Notes: a model not told the origin generated them from the letters alone. DNA of 64,000 nt from a bacterium (GCA_963675755.2 CAXXMD010000003.1:352001-416000), one strand, 5' to 3'. Shown: positions 48,069 to 58,492, counted from the first letter of the stretch. Made by a program: numbers and translations.

Positions 48069-50900
48069 TCAGGATTTTATTTTATATATGCGCACAGGAC
48101 CCAATAATCCTGCAGGTTCCGGTTCTGTTCTTTTGGTCCGATCAACCCATAATTGTGCAATTTTGTTATCTTTTAAAGAAGCACAATAATTGAATAATAA
48201 ATTGGTAACCGATATCTGTAAAACATGTTCCGTATTGGGTAAAAGCTCTACTACAAACTGGCGTTCTCCCCACCACTTAACACCCAATCCCTTACCATCG
48301 AGCTCTGGTTCAGCAATATCATACACTTGGCCCAAGTCCAATATACATTTCCCGCTCCAACCGGACTTGAATTTGCAGGTATAAACAGCCGTTCCGGAAA
48401 AGCTGCTCAATTCAGGATCCAAAGACAAGTCTTTAAGATCTTTTAAGGATTTATGATAAACCTTGCCATTGACATGTTTCAACTCTACGGACCAACTTTT
48501 ATCGATTTCGAAAAATTGTTCCGGATCTTTGATTGTAAAAAAGTCCTTGTCTATAAATTGATTTGAAAAGATGGCATCTACCCCTTTTTTAGACTCGGCA
48601 GGTTCTGCTTCCGGCTTGTAGACTACCAGCAGAGATTCCAAAGGCCCCAGTTTAACATTGATGATTTCGGGCAGCATTCCATGCGGATAACGTTTTATCT
48701 CACCGGTTTCTGCATCCAGTTTCCAGGGGATCTTTTTTCCTGTAGAAAAACTGGCATCAAACTCTAATCGTTTATCCCGGTTCTGATTGCTGATCAGAAA
48801 AATATCGTTATCGCCCTCAGCATGATGGATGAAGAACAGCTTTTCGTCCGGTACCGTAAACAAAACATCAGGCACCAGCCGCATGCCCTGTATGGTATGC
48901 AATGCCCACGGTATTACCTGACCTTTTTCAGGGGCCGGTACGCGCTTTACCATTCCCGGATATTGAGCAAATAGCTGTTCAATTGTTGATTTTACAAATT
49001 CATCATCTTGCATTGTCCCATTGTAGCCCAAACTCCTTACAGGTACCTGGCCGATAAAAACAATCTGCCCACCGCTTGCGGCAAAGAACTGTAAAGCCTC
49101 AACCGTTTTAGGGGAAAGCGAGGATACATCGGTAACCAGCAACAACTTGTAAGCCATGGGGCCGTATCGCAATTCGCCTCTTTCAAAAATTGCATTTTCC
49201 ATCACGGTGGAATTAATATAATCACTCATGTAGCCAAAATGATTAAACGCCTGCCACAACTGGTGCAGATAATGTGGTTCTGTATTCCATGGATTTCGAT
49301 CCAAACCGTATTTTGACCATTTGTCCGGTGTATTTCCAAGGATTGCAATCTGCGTAACAGGAGCCGAATTTTGGAATATATGACAGAGTCGCGCGGCGTA
49401 ATCAAACCACAATCCAGCAAAGGGCCACCAGGTATTATTTTCATTAAAATAAGTACCATACCGGATCCATCCCGGAAAACCCGCTTCGGGCGGTGAATAA
49501 TTAAATCCATGTAGAACCAGTTGATTGACTCCACAAATAATGTTCAAATCCGTGGCTTGCTTTATATATTCCAGAGTAGCACGAAAAACTCCGATTGTGT
49601 TGGTCATTGCCTCGCAGCTTGTAATCTTTTTACCGGTTAAATGCACCCCGGAGGATGCATATTTGTTCCATATAGCATACCGGATCTGGTCAATTTCCGC
49701 CTCATGTACCCAACCGCGATTAAATAACCACTGATCGCTTTCCGGGATATCGGGAACCAGATAACCGTCGAGTAGATCCGTATATAAAAAGGGGACACCA
49801 TACGCCTGATATCGGCTCTGAACATTGTTTTGACCACACCACTGATGGAATGGCTGAATAAACCTTTCCATAAACAGGTCTGCCAAAAGTTTGCTCATAT
49901 CATAACGCACCCGGTCGAGTTTTTCTTTAAAATCATCTTTAACAGTAACTTCCAGGTTCAACAGTAAGGGCAGCCAGGGCATTAACGAATATGCATACCG
50001 TTTTTTAAATTCATCCGGCAGATCTCCGGTCCAGTTTGCGCCTTTCAGTTCTATACTGTCGCAAAACATGGAGCGGATATGTGCACCCAAGTCATCACCC
50101 AAAACGGATTTCAACTCATCAGACATGCGGTTCAGATATTTTTCAACTGCGGATTTGTTAAAATGGTCCAGCACCGGACCGTCAGCCCCCGGTGCTCCGT
50201 GCAACACATCGCGAAAACGGTTACGCCAGGTTACAATATAGAGTTTATACTCACCATCCTCTAATTCTATCTGCAATTTACCACTTGACGACAGCTGGTC
50301 CATCACATCCAGACCGTCAGATTCAGACTGTGGTACAGCAGGAAACAGCTTTAACTGCACGAGTTTGTGGTTATCGTCATTTGGGATTTCGATCCGGGTC
50401 TCAAAAGTTCCAGGTCCCTTGCAATCCCTCACTTCCAACTCAACCCCCTGTATGGTCTCCTCGGGCAAGAGAAATTTTCCACCAAAAGGCCATCCGGTAC
50501 CGACAATCAAGTCCACATACATATCCAAAGATTTGGCTTCTTTGCACGCAACCTTGACCATATCCAGCCATTCTTTACTCAACCAGTCCAAAGGTTTTGC
50601 AGGCAAGTGCGGGTACAATTCTTCATCCAAAGCTATGGGATTGATCTCTACCCCACCGGCGCCTTTTTCTTTCATCAAAAGTAATTCTCTGCGGATCTCT
50701 TTTGCGGTCACCCGATTGCCATTCCACCACCAGCGGTAAAACGGACGCGCCAGCGATGGAGGATTCACAAATGAATCTATTAAAGCCTTGGGTTCCTGCG
50801 CACTCCAGGATCTAATGGAAAGCGGAGCAAGAGACATTGCACTGCTGCAAACAACTGTTTTTTTAAGAAACGAACGACGGGTACAACGGGTATCGATCAT
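48069..50900 (-). CDS. GH106 alpha-L-rhamnosidase family, Tat-exported
   Basis: RRSFLK; ARP..RWWWNG, GGVEI, GTGWPFGG, FCDSIE, SCEA, HGFNYSP....PGW, GLLGPV. Confidence 0.85.
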   Translation of the reverse strand: MIDTRCTRRSFLKKTVVCSSAMSLAPLSIRSWSAQEPKALIDSFVNPPSLARPFYRWWWNGNRVTAKEIRRELLLMKEKGAGGVEINPIALDEELYPHLPAKPLDWLSKEWLDMVKVACKEAKSLDMYVDLIVGTGWPFGGKFLLPEETIQGVELEVRDCKGPGTFETRIEIPNDDNHKLVQLKLFPAVPQSESDGLDVMDQLSSSGKLQIELEDGEYKLYIVTWRNRFRDVLHGAPGADGPVLDHFNKSAVEKYLNRMSDELKSVLGDDLGAHIRSMFCDSIELKGANWTGDLPDEFKKRYAYSLMPWLPLLLNLEVTVKDDFKEKLDRVRYDMSKLLADLFMERFIQPFHQWCGQNNVQSRYQAYGVPFLYTDLLDGYLVPDIPESDQWLFNRGWVHEAEIDQIRYAIWNKYASSGVHLTGKKITSCEAMTNTIGVFRATLEYIKQATDLNIICGVNQLVLHGFNYSPPEAGFPGWIRYGTYFNENNTWWPFAGLWFDYAARLCHIFQNSAPVTQIAILGNTPDKWSKYGLDRNPWNTEPHYLHQLWQAFNHFGYMSDYINSTVMENAIFERGELRYGPMAYKLLLVTDVSSLSPKTVEALQFFAASGGQIVFIGQVPVRSLGYNGTMQDDEFVKSTIEQLFAQYPGMVKRVPAPEKGQVIPWALHTIQGMRLVPDVLFTVPDEKLFFIHHAEGDNDIFLISNQNRDKRLEFDASFSTGKKIPWKLDAETGEIKRYPHGMLPEIINVKLGPLESLLVVYKPEAEPAESKKGVDAIFSNQFIDKDFFTIKDPEQFFEIDKSWSVELKHVNGKVYHKSLKDLKDLSLDPELSSFSGTAVYTCKFKSGWSGKCILDLGQVYDIAEPELDGKGLGVKWWGERQFVVELLPNTEHVLQISVTNLLFNYCASLKDNKIAQLWVDRTKRTEPEPAGLLGPVRIYKIKS

Positions 50901-50912
50901 AATTTCCTCTCT

Positions 50913-53555
50913 TTATATCGAAAACCAGTAATTGAGTTTCATCATGAACACATTTTGCGGTTCAACAGAAAATAACCGGTCAGCATTTTTACCCAGCGAT
51001 CGCACAGGCTCATGTATATAATCTGAACGGCCATGTGTCCACACAAAATAAAAGGTAGACCCGGGAGTAAATTCCCAGCGCAGCACCATATTTGATCGCA
51101 TCTCGAAAAAGTTAAAATTCGGATGCCCAATACTGTAATCTGCATTGCCATCATGTGTTTCATCAAACGCCATGGTATTGTTATCAGCATCAATCACAGT
51201 CTCTTCATCAGAAAAGGTATAAAATCTATCATCATATTCATCTGCATCCGCATCTTTAACATATTTGATATGAGAAAAAGAACCGGCTGAAATATAAGGG
51301 CTCACATAATATTGCAAAATCAGATTAGGTGTAAACGCGTAATTGGCACGCAAGGTCATTTCCCAGGTATCATGATCAATGCGACCCAGCACATAACGAT
51401 TCACATCATTAAAATTGATTGTGCTGATATATTGCGTGTCATCAATATTATGGCTGTATGTTAATTCACCCGACATGTTGAAACGATTACCCACACGGAG
51501 TGTTACACCGGGATTCAGACTAAACAATGACGTGATATCATCATCAACTTTGGTAACGGAACTGTGCAAAGTATAACTGAATTTTTTGCGGGAATCAGAT
51601 TGAATACCCGCAGAATAATACCAGTACCCATCCAAAGTCAATGCCGGGCCGCCGCGAAGCAAACGGGTATCCTGCCATTGTGGTACCCGGCTGAGATATG
51701 CATTAAATTTCCAGTAATTTTTAAAGGTCCATGAATTTTTAAATTCATAGCTGGACATAATCAAAGAACCGTCAAAACCCCACTCGTTTGATTGATCTAC
51801 AGTAACGGAATAAGTACGATATAACGATGTTGGGGTCTGTACAACATATGCCAACTCTGTATTTTGAGACACAACATCAGTCATTCTCAAATAACCCAGG
51901 TCATTCAGGTCCAGTCCGGGAGATAACCAGCTTATATTTTCAGAGTACTGCCAGCGGCCAAGGCCACCCTTTCCTACACCAATACTTCCACCAAAACCGC
52001 CAAGCGATGTTCTGGTAGTATCCAGCTCTATATGATCGATATCCGGACGTTGAAAATAATGTCTCGAATTTCTTTGAAGGGCCAAAATAGCTTCGGGTTC
52101 ACCCTGAATTTGGCTGAATATGGTTTTCACATCCAGATAATAGGTACGGTTCTTCCAACGCTGTAAATAATCAATACCACCGGTAAAGGCGTCTGTTGCA
52201 AGCGAGTTCAGGTGCACATCTTCATCAGCAATAAATCGCTGCGTTGATGTAAACATGGCGCCAATTGAAGAGTTGCCCTTGTTGTAATCTTTTAAAACAC
52301 GCGCCAGGAAATAGTTTGACCAGGGTTCAACAGTTTGCTTGCTTCGATTGCCATTATCATCGATCTCTGCTGTTTCTTTTGGGGTAATGCTTTGAATTAC
52401 ACCTACTGACAAACCATTTTTGGTTTTACCTGTTATTTTAAGCGCATTGAGGATGGTTGTTTCTTCCGGTTCGTTTGCATGTTGATTACCCGTCAGGTCT
52501 GCGGAATAAGAGGGTTGGTGCCCAATTCTTCTTGAATAAAACAACTGGTTACCACCTACTGCAAAATCAAAAATGGTTTTCCCTTCCAAAAAGAAGGGAC
52601 GCTTTTCATCATAAAACGTTTCAAATGCTGTCAGATTCAATACAGATGGGTCCGCTTCTACCTGCCCAAAATCAGGATTCACGGTAAAATCCATAGTGAA
52701 ATTGTTAGACAATCCCACTTTGCCATCAAAACCTATATTATATTTAAAATCCTTTCCATCAGCAAAAGGATTCCCCTCCTCTTTTGGATAAAAATTACCA
52801 CTGGTTAAGCCATAGGGCATCAACTCAATTCTTCGTATCTTGTTTAAACCGCTAATACCATGCAGCTCACCATAATTATCTACCCAGCTTGGCGTATTGA
52901 TAGCAAACACATTCCACTGATCTTCTTCTTTATTACGGTTGATCCATCTCCAAATATGCATGCCCCATACCTGGTCGTGGGCATCAGAGAACCGTAACTG
53001 ACTAAAAGGAATTCGCATTTCCACTGTCCACGCCGAATCTTCAAATGCAACATCTCCGTACCATACCGGGTCCCAATTTGTATGATAATCTTTATCATGT
53101 ATAGTTAGATCAATTTTACTCCCCGCGGCTGTCAGATCAAATTCAAAAGATGATCGCATGTCATGATAGCTGTCAAAACCAATACCTACTATATCCCCTC
53201 TAAACTGGTCACGTCTTGCGCCCTGTATATCAATTGAATCCAGATCATCAAAACAACGTATCGCAACATAGATGTTTAAATCATCATACAGTATTTTGAA
53301 CTCGGTTTCCCGTGTCGGTTTGGCATAATTATCCGGCATGAATTGCTGAAACCGTGTTGCCCATTCGCCCTGTTCAAGCCAGCAATCATCTTTGATTACA
53401 CCGTCAATTTCCGGAGCGTTGCCCTGTAAGCGTTGTGTGTAATATTTCCGCTTTTCTTTTAACGGTTTATGATATTCCTGCGCAAAAACAACCGATACCT
53501 GAAACAGTATGGCAATAAAGATGAATATTGAAATGTTCCTTCCATAACCTCGCAT
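50913..53555 (-). CDS. DUF5916 outer-membrane protein with N-terminal CBM9-like domain
   Basis: P.IDG...D..W, LYDD..IY, WTVEMRIPFSQLRF, TVNPDFGQVEAD, EKRPFFLEG, FYSRRIG, C-terminal KLNYWF. Confidence 0.82.
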   Translation of the reverse strand: MRGYGRNISIFIFIAILFQVSVVFAQEYHKPLKEKRKYYTQRLQGNAPEIDGVIKDDCWLEQGEWATRFQQFMPDNYAKPTRETEFKILYDDLNIYVAIRCFDDLDSIDIQGARRDQFRGDIVGIGFDSYHDMRSSFEFDLTAAGSKIDLTIHDKDYHTNWDPVWYGDVAFEDSAWTVEMRIPFSQLRFSDAHDQVWGMHIWRWINRNKEEDQWNVFAINTPSWVDNYGELHGISGLNKIRRIELMPYGLTSGNFYPKEEGNPFADGKDFKYNIGFDGKVGLSNNFTMDFTVNPDFGQVEADPSVLNLTAFETFYDEKRPFFLEGKTIFDFAVGGNQLFYSRRIGHQPSYSADLTGNQHANEPEETTILNALKITGKTKNGLSVGVIQSITPKETAEIDDNGNRSKQTVEPWSNYFLARVLKDYNKGNSSIGAMFTSTQRFIADEDVHLNSLATDAFTGGIDYLQRWKNRTYYLDVKTIFSQIQGEPEAILALQRNSRHYFQRPDIDHIELDTTRTSLGGFGGSIGVGKGGLGRWQYSENISWLSPGLDLNDLGYLRMTDVVSQNTELAYVVQTPTSLYRTYSVTVDQSNEWGFDGSLIMSSYEFKNSWTFKNYWKFNAYLSRVPQWQDTRLLRGGPALTLDGYWYYSAGIQSDSRKKFSYTLHSSVTKVDDDITSLFSLNPGVTLRVGNRFNMSGELTYSHNIDDTQYISTINFNDVNRYVLGRIDHDTWEMTLRANYAFTPNLILQYYVSPYISAGSFSHIKYVKDADADEYDDRFYTFSDEETVIDADNNTMAFDETHDGNADYSIGHPNFNFFEMRSNMVLRWEFTPGSTFYFVWTHGRSDYIHEPVRSLGKNADRLFSVEPQNVFMMKLNYWFSI

Positions 53556-53583
53556 TTCTTTTACCCGCTTTCTGTATGAATTC

Positions 53584-55035
53584 TTAATTTACGTTTATCT
53601 TTCCTGGTGGTGTGTACAATTTATCCCCGTTATCTAATACCAAAACCCAATCGTTCTCGGGACCCTGGTATGGGGTAATAAATGTTGTGTAATTTTTCTC
53701 TTTCAACTGTCCAATTTTTTCAGCAACTCCGTTCACCGGCATATACCACCACGCCGTTATCGAGCTGCCGCTTAATTTATTCAAATCGATTTCAACTTTG
53801 CCGCCTTGCGGCAGATAAATCATTGCGTAACTGCCGTCAACTGCACGTGTTGCCAACATATGTGTACTGTCATCCGGATTTTCAGACATGATTAACGATG
53901 GATCCGGTATACGCTCCAACATGGGGCGCGATTCCATTAAATTCCGTACATAGGTCATCTGGGTTGCTCCGGGCAGATCCATTGCTACAGGCCATGGGGT
54001 ACGTGCCGCTGCTTTTTTCTCCCTGCCAGGCAGCCATAACTGCCAGATATCATTGCAGCCATATGTGTATCCAAACGCTCCGGCAAATAACGATCTGTAC
54101 GCGGCTTTACGGACATCACATGCACCAAACCAGCCTGCTTCTCCGGGTTTAAAATTAACAGGATGGTCCTCGTAATTGGGTTCTCCATCAAAAACCGGTT
54201 TGGTGGGAGAACGCCGGTAATCCGTTGTGATCTTTTGCCAATTGGGATCATCCCTACGGCTATGTCCTGATTGCCAGGTATTGAAATCCAGCCAGGCATC
54301 ATCATGAAACCAATGTGACGAACTGGTGCCGCCCCAGGAATGGTATCCCATCAAATGCCGTTTATCGACAGATTTTATGGCGTTTGCCATAGCCCGCCAG
54401 ATGGGTTTATAATCCTCTTCTTCCCATTCAGGGGCCCTGTCTCCGCCCAATATCCAGATGATATTGGGTTTATTTTTATAACGTTTGGCAATCCATTTAC
54501 CATATGCGACAGCGTTGGTGGAATCAAACACCACGGGACCTACTCCCCAGCGTTTCAAAACCTTGTCTCCCCAGGTGGGAAGGAGCGCAATATAAATACC
54601 CTTTTCCGCAGCCTTGTTAATGACCCAGTCCACATGGTCCCAGTAATCATAAGCATCATCATTGGCAATGGTGCTGCCCGCAGTGGTATCTGGCTTTGCA
54701 GGATCATTATCCACCAGAGGTCTGTCTCCATAGCTGTTTGGGGTATCCAATCCATCAAGCTCTGCCAACGCGACTGCCTGAATAACGGTAAACCGCTTTT
54801 GTCTGCGATTTTCCAGGTATCTCTCGGCTTCTTCCCGCGTGGTACGATGAAACAGTTCCCAGCAGGTATCTCCCAGATAAAAGAACGGAGTGCCATCGGC
54901 ATGCACTATCATACGATGATCGTCAGAAACCCTCAGATCGCCATGACTAAAATCCACAGACGGTTCAGGCCGCTCAACAATCGGCGAACAGGCAAACATA
55001 GATAATATTAATAATAAAGTTGTAAATCTTTTCAT
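53584..55035 (-). CDS. GH140 (DUF4038) apiosidase-like lipoprotein
   Basis: Lipobox FAC; DGTPFFYLGDT.WELFHR, LLPTWGD, IIWILGGDR, QSGH, KPVFDGEPNYE, GYTYG, DWVLVL. Confidence 0.88.
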   Translation of the reverse strand: MKRFTTLLLILSMFACSPIVERPEPSVDFSHGDLRVSDDHRMIVHADGTPFFYLGDTCWELFHRTTREEAERYLENRRQKRFTVIQAVALAELDGLDTPNSYGDRPLVDNDPAKPDTTAGSTIANDDAYDYWDHVDWVINKAAEKGIYIALLPTWGDKVLKRWGVGPVVFDSTNAVAYGKWIAKRYKNKPNIIWILGGDRAPEWEEEDYKPIWRAMANAIKSVDKRHLMGYHSWGGTSSSHWFHDDAWLDFNTWQSGHSRRDDPNWQKITTDYRRSPTKPVFDGEPNYEDHPVNFKPGEAGWFGACDVRKAAYRSLFAGAFGYTYGCNDIWQLWLPGREKKAAARTPWPVAMDLPGATQMTYVRNLMESRPMLERIPDPSLIMSENPDDSTHMLATRAVDGSYAMIYLPQGGKVEIDLNKLSGSSITAWWYMPVNGVAEKIGQLKEKNYTTFITPYQGPENDWVLVLDNGDKLYTPPGKINVN

Positions 55036-55066
55036 AATAACTTTCTACTATATAATTAAAAACATT

Positions 55067-55257
55067 AACCACAGAGATCACAAAGAGTTAGCTTTTACCT
55101 TTGAGTTCATAATAATTCATAAATCATTCAAACTTGGTATCTCTTCAAGCAATTTTAATTTTTATAACTATTTTTCTATTTCACTTAATCTTTTTACAAC
55201 ACACCCAATTTATCTACTCCAGAGCTTTTCCTCTGTGGCCTCTGTGACTCCGTGGTT
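55067..55257. mobile_element. MITE-like remnant bounded by AACCAC(A/G)GAG..CACAGAG inverted repeats
   Basis: Left arm AACCACAGAGATCACAAAGAG (55067-55087); right arm CTCTGTGGCCTCTGTGACTCCGTGGTT (55231-55257); AT-rich interior without ORF; a related arm at 55331-55360. Confidence 0.5.
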
Positions 55258-55392
55258 CAGTATTCACTATTATTTCAACTATTACAATATAAACACAAAG
55301 CAACAGCTTCTAACAAACTCATTATTACTTTTTCCGTGTCTTTCCGTATATTCTGTGGTTATTATTTAACACTCAGGGTCCGGTTTTACACC

Positions 55393-57294
55393 TTACGGCA
55401 CTGTAATATTGGCTATCAACCATGCAAACAAAATCACCAGAATAGAAATAGCAATACAGGCGAAAAAGCCCCACACATCGGTTTTACTGAATTTCTTTAA
55501 TCCCCACGCAGAGGGATTGGCTTCCTGTTCATACGCCAGAATCTGTGCATCCACGTTTTTCACGTCCTGGTCCGGATCACTGCTCACCGGCATATTTAAA
55601 CGTGCAAACACATTATCAACAGCTTTCCGCTCCGGTTTGGATGTAAACAGGCTCACAACAACCAGCAGTACAAATGGCAGGATTATGTTCAACGAATAAT
55701 TCAACGTCATCAATATAGGATTCGAAGCGCCGTCAAAGCCAATACCCATCAAGGCCAATACAACCAGCATGGGTTTGTCCGCAACACCCGCAGGCACTTG
55801 GCCCGCCACAAACGCCATCTGCGGCAGAATATTGGGCAGCATTACAATCACCATCCACGAGAAAAAAACAGTAACCAGCGCAGCAGTCCGGGTTACATAA
55901 CGCCAGAGAATACTGACCCAGAAAACCGCTCCAAAAATAACCGGCAATTGCCAGTAATATTTGATCAGGCTCAACACATCATTAAAATAAAGACTGATGG
56001 CAATTGCACCACCAATCATAACCGCAGAAACCAAACGTCCGACTTTGACATAGTGTTCTTCACTCTTGTCTGATACCAATGGACGATAAAAGTTGCGTGT
56101 AAACAGGGCAGAACCGCAGATCATGAATGCATCCGCACTGGACATGGATGCCGCAAGCAAACAGGCAATCATAATCCCCACAAATCCGGGACCCAGGAGC
56201 TGGTCGGTTGCGTATCCCCAGATCATATCAGGATCACTGATCACATTCTTGTACAAAGCAAAGGCAACCACACCGGTAAAGCCCCACATGATGGTTGTAA
56301 ATCTTTTTAAATAGTTGCCAAAAACCAGACCTACACGTGCGGTCATTTCATCTTTGGCACTGCCGCCACCGGTAACAAATATATGCGGCTGCGCAGCCAC
56401 ACCCACCAGATTCATGGCTATAAGCGCTACGATATAATACCAGGTATAATCGCTGCTGGCGGAGGTACTGATAATTTTAAACATGTCAGCGGGTACTGTG
56501 GCATGCAGTCCGGAGAACCAGCCCGCTTTGTACATTCCCATGGGCAACAGGAGCACGGAAAGGACCAAAATCAGAATCCCCTGCAAGGTATCGGTCCAGG
56601 CAGCGGCATAGAGTCCACCTAAAAGTCCATAGATCAAAATGATCAATGCAATAATAGGTACAATTTGTTGAGTGGTAATATGTGAATAATAGGCCTTAAT
56701 TTTTTCCTGTTTTTCAAGCTGCTTTAGATCAGCAAGCTGCTGTTTTTGTTCAACGGTAGGATTTTCAAGAGCCGTAAGGGTTTTCAGCGTTTTATATTGA
56801 TCAACACTCTGCTTTTCCGATACTGTCAGCACAGATTCCGATTTTACGGTCACTATCTCGATTGTTTTTCCAATGGCCGTCAGCCCGATTGCAATGTAAA
56901 ACATTAACCAGATAATACTGGTCCAAACATACAAAGCTGTCAAGCCCTTGCTCTGAAATCGCTGTTGAAAGTAATCTCCACCCGTAATAACACGCAATCG
57001 GCGGTACCAGGGCGCAATGATCCAGTAAAAAGGAGTGATAAACAACCAAAGCAACTGAATCCAGATCCCGGACATCCCCACGCGATACGTCTCACGGGAC
57101 GCAGAGATGGCCGTATCCGAACTGGTGCCGGTTCCAAATGATAAAAAGATGGAAACCAGTTTGCCAAACCGGCGCCCGCCAAGGAAATAATCTGTTTCGT
57201 TTTTTATTAATCGCTTTGACAACCAACCGATACCAATTACCAGCAAAAAATAGCCTGCAATGGCAAGAATATCCAGAATGTGCAATCCAAACAT
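55393..57294 (-). CDS. Sodium:solute symporter (SSS) family transporter
   Basis: DYFLGGR, GGL.AAAWTDTLQG, GPGFVGIMIA.LLAASMSS, many TM helices. Confidence 0.9.
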   Translation of the reverse strand: MFGLHILDILAIAGYFLLVIGIGWLSKRLIKNETDYFLGGRRFGKLVSIFLSFGTGTSSDTAISASRETYRVGMSGIWIQLLWLFITPFYWIIAPWYRRLRVITGGDYFQQRFQSKGLTALYVWTSIIWLMFYIAIGLTAIGKTIEIVTVKSESVLTVSEKQSVDQYKTLKTLTALENPTVEQKQQLADLKQLEKQEKIKAYYSHITTQQIVPIIALIILIYGLLGGLYAAAWTDTLQGILILVLSVLLLPMGMYKAGWFSGLHATVPADMFKIISTSASSDYTWYYIVALIAMNLVGVAAQPHIFVTGGGSAKDEMTARVGLVFGNYLKRFTTIMWGFTGVVAFALYKNVISDPDMIWGYATDQLLGPGFVGIMIACLLAASMSSADAFMICGSALFTRNFYRPLVSDKSEEHYVKVGRLVSAVMIGGAIAISLYFNDVLSLIKYYWQLPVIFGAVFWVSILWRYVTRTAALVTVFFSWMVIVMLPNILPQMAFVAGQVPAGVADKPMLVVLALMGIGFDGASNPILMTLNYSLNIILPFVLLVVVSLFTSKPERKAVDNVFARLNMPVSSDPDQDVKNVDAQILAYEQEANPSAWGLKKFSKTDVWGFFACIAISILVILFAWLIANITVP

Positions 57295-57296
57295 GA

Positions 57297-58433
57297 TTAT
57301 TGACCGCCTCTCAGGGTTTCTATAAATTCATATAATGCCAACTGCTCTTTTTGAGTCTCACAATAACTGGTCACTATCAGTTTTATTCCCGGTGCCCACA
57401 ACTCGCTGATTTTCTCTTTCAATGTTTCCAGATCACCTACAATACGTGCGTTAACAATCACACCGGTGCCCGTAAAAGTATCTCTGAACGGTGCACAGGG
57501 ATTCGGATCCGGATCCGTTTGTACGGAAAACGCTGCATCGATCACTTTGAGCCCGGGGATGTCGCGAATAGTGGCTGCCTTGCTGCTCCAGTTTCCGCAG
57601 GAATGAAATACAGCTCCGCCAAATGCCTCGCCAATACGCTGCATTGCGGGATATTCAAATTCAACATACTGATCTGGCGAAATCATTACCGAAACATCAC
57701 TGCTTAATCCCAGGCCGTTAAAGACACGAATACTGGGAAAACCGTGACCGGGTAATACCATTGCATCACCAATAAGTTCTTTTTGTTTTTGAGTAAATTC
57801 TATGGTCAAATCGGTTATTATGGCTAAAATCTTTTTCAGCGCATCAGGATTCATGATCATATCCATGAAAAACGTATCCGTCGGAAACAAAAAAGAAGCC
57901 GCGTTTAACGATGCCTGAGAATCCGTAGGCGACATGGGTATTTTGCCTCCAGTATTTTCCAGAAAATAGTCGATCATGTTGAGAATGTGCTTACCAATGG
58001 GGGTTTCGTGTACGGGAACAATCTCCCGCTCTAATGCTTCTTCAATGGATTTAAACGGGGGATGGATTGCCGGTGCGTTCCCCTCTTTCCAGTCATATTC
58101 AATGCCAAAGGCGCTTGCGGTAACACCAATGCCGTACCAGGGTTCCAGAAAATTGGCAATATCTCCGGCATATTCCATACTTTGCTGAAGCAGTCCCAGT
58201 TGAAGTGCCAGGGATTTTTTCATGTCCCTGCTGTCATAAGCAAAAACACCGGGACTCCGGAACCGTCGGTACACCAGAATGCCCTCCGAAGCGTTCCAGA
58301 ACGACTGGTTCTTTTCCAGCAGGGATTGTTCATAATCATAATATCTTTCGATATCAAATTTTTTCGGATCCAGCTCATTTCCAAGGGTTCCCTGAGAATC
58401 CGACAGGGTATAATCAAATTCTTTAGACATCAT
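57297..58433 (-). CDS. Uroporphyrinogen decarboxylase-like superfamily protein (MtaA/CmuA-type HxC motif)
   Basis: P.....G....ASAFG, D.Q..LN.A, MISP..Y.EF..P, FHSCG; lacks the HemE WxMRQAGR motif. Confidence 0.75.
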   Translation of the reverse strand: MMSKEFDYTLSDSQGTLGNELDPKKFDIERYYDYEQSLLEKNQSFWNASEGILVYRRFRSPGVFAYDSRDMKKSLALQLGLLQQSMEYAGDIANFLEPWYGIGVTASAFGIEYDWKEGNAPAIHPPFKSIEEALEREIVPVHETPIGKHILNMIDYFLENTGGKIPMSPTDSQASLNAASFLFPTDTFFMDMIMNPDALKKILAIITDLTIEFTQKQKELIGDAMVLPGHGFPSIRVFNGLGLSSDVSVMISPDQYVEFEYPAMQRIGEAFGGAVFHSCGNWSSKAATIRDIPGLKVIDAAFSVQTDPDPNPCAPFRDTFTGTGVIVNARIVGDLETLKEKISELWAPGIKLIVTSYCETQKEQLALYEFIETLRGGQ

Positions 58434-58492
58434 ATTCTCCCAACCGATTATGTAATGCCCCAAAAATCTAAATCTAATTTCACATTATAACA

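Noticed and set aside
14008-55005. Long antisense ORFs (14008-14649, 18216-18893, 31199-31846, 36593-37171, 40087-40662, 54340-55005)
   Set aside because: They are shadows of well-supported genes on the opposite strand and have no recognisable motifs.
57297-58433. Heme biosynthesis hemE
   Set aside because: The HemE N-terminal RQAGR motif is missing and the context is sugar catabolism.
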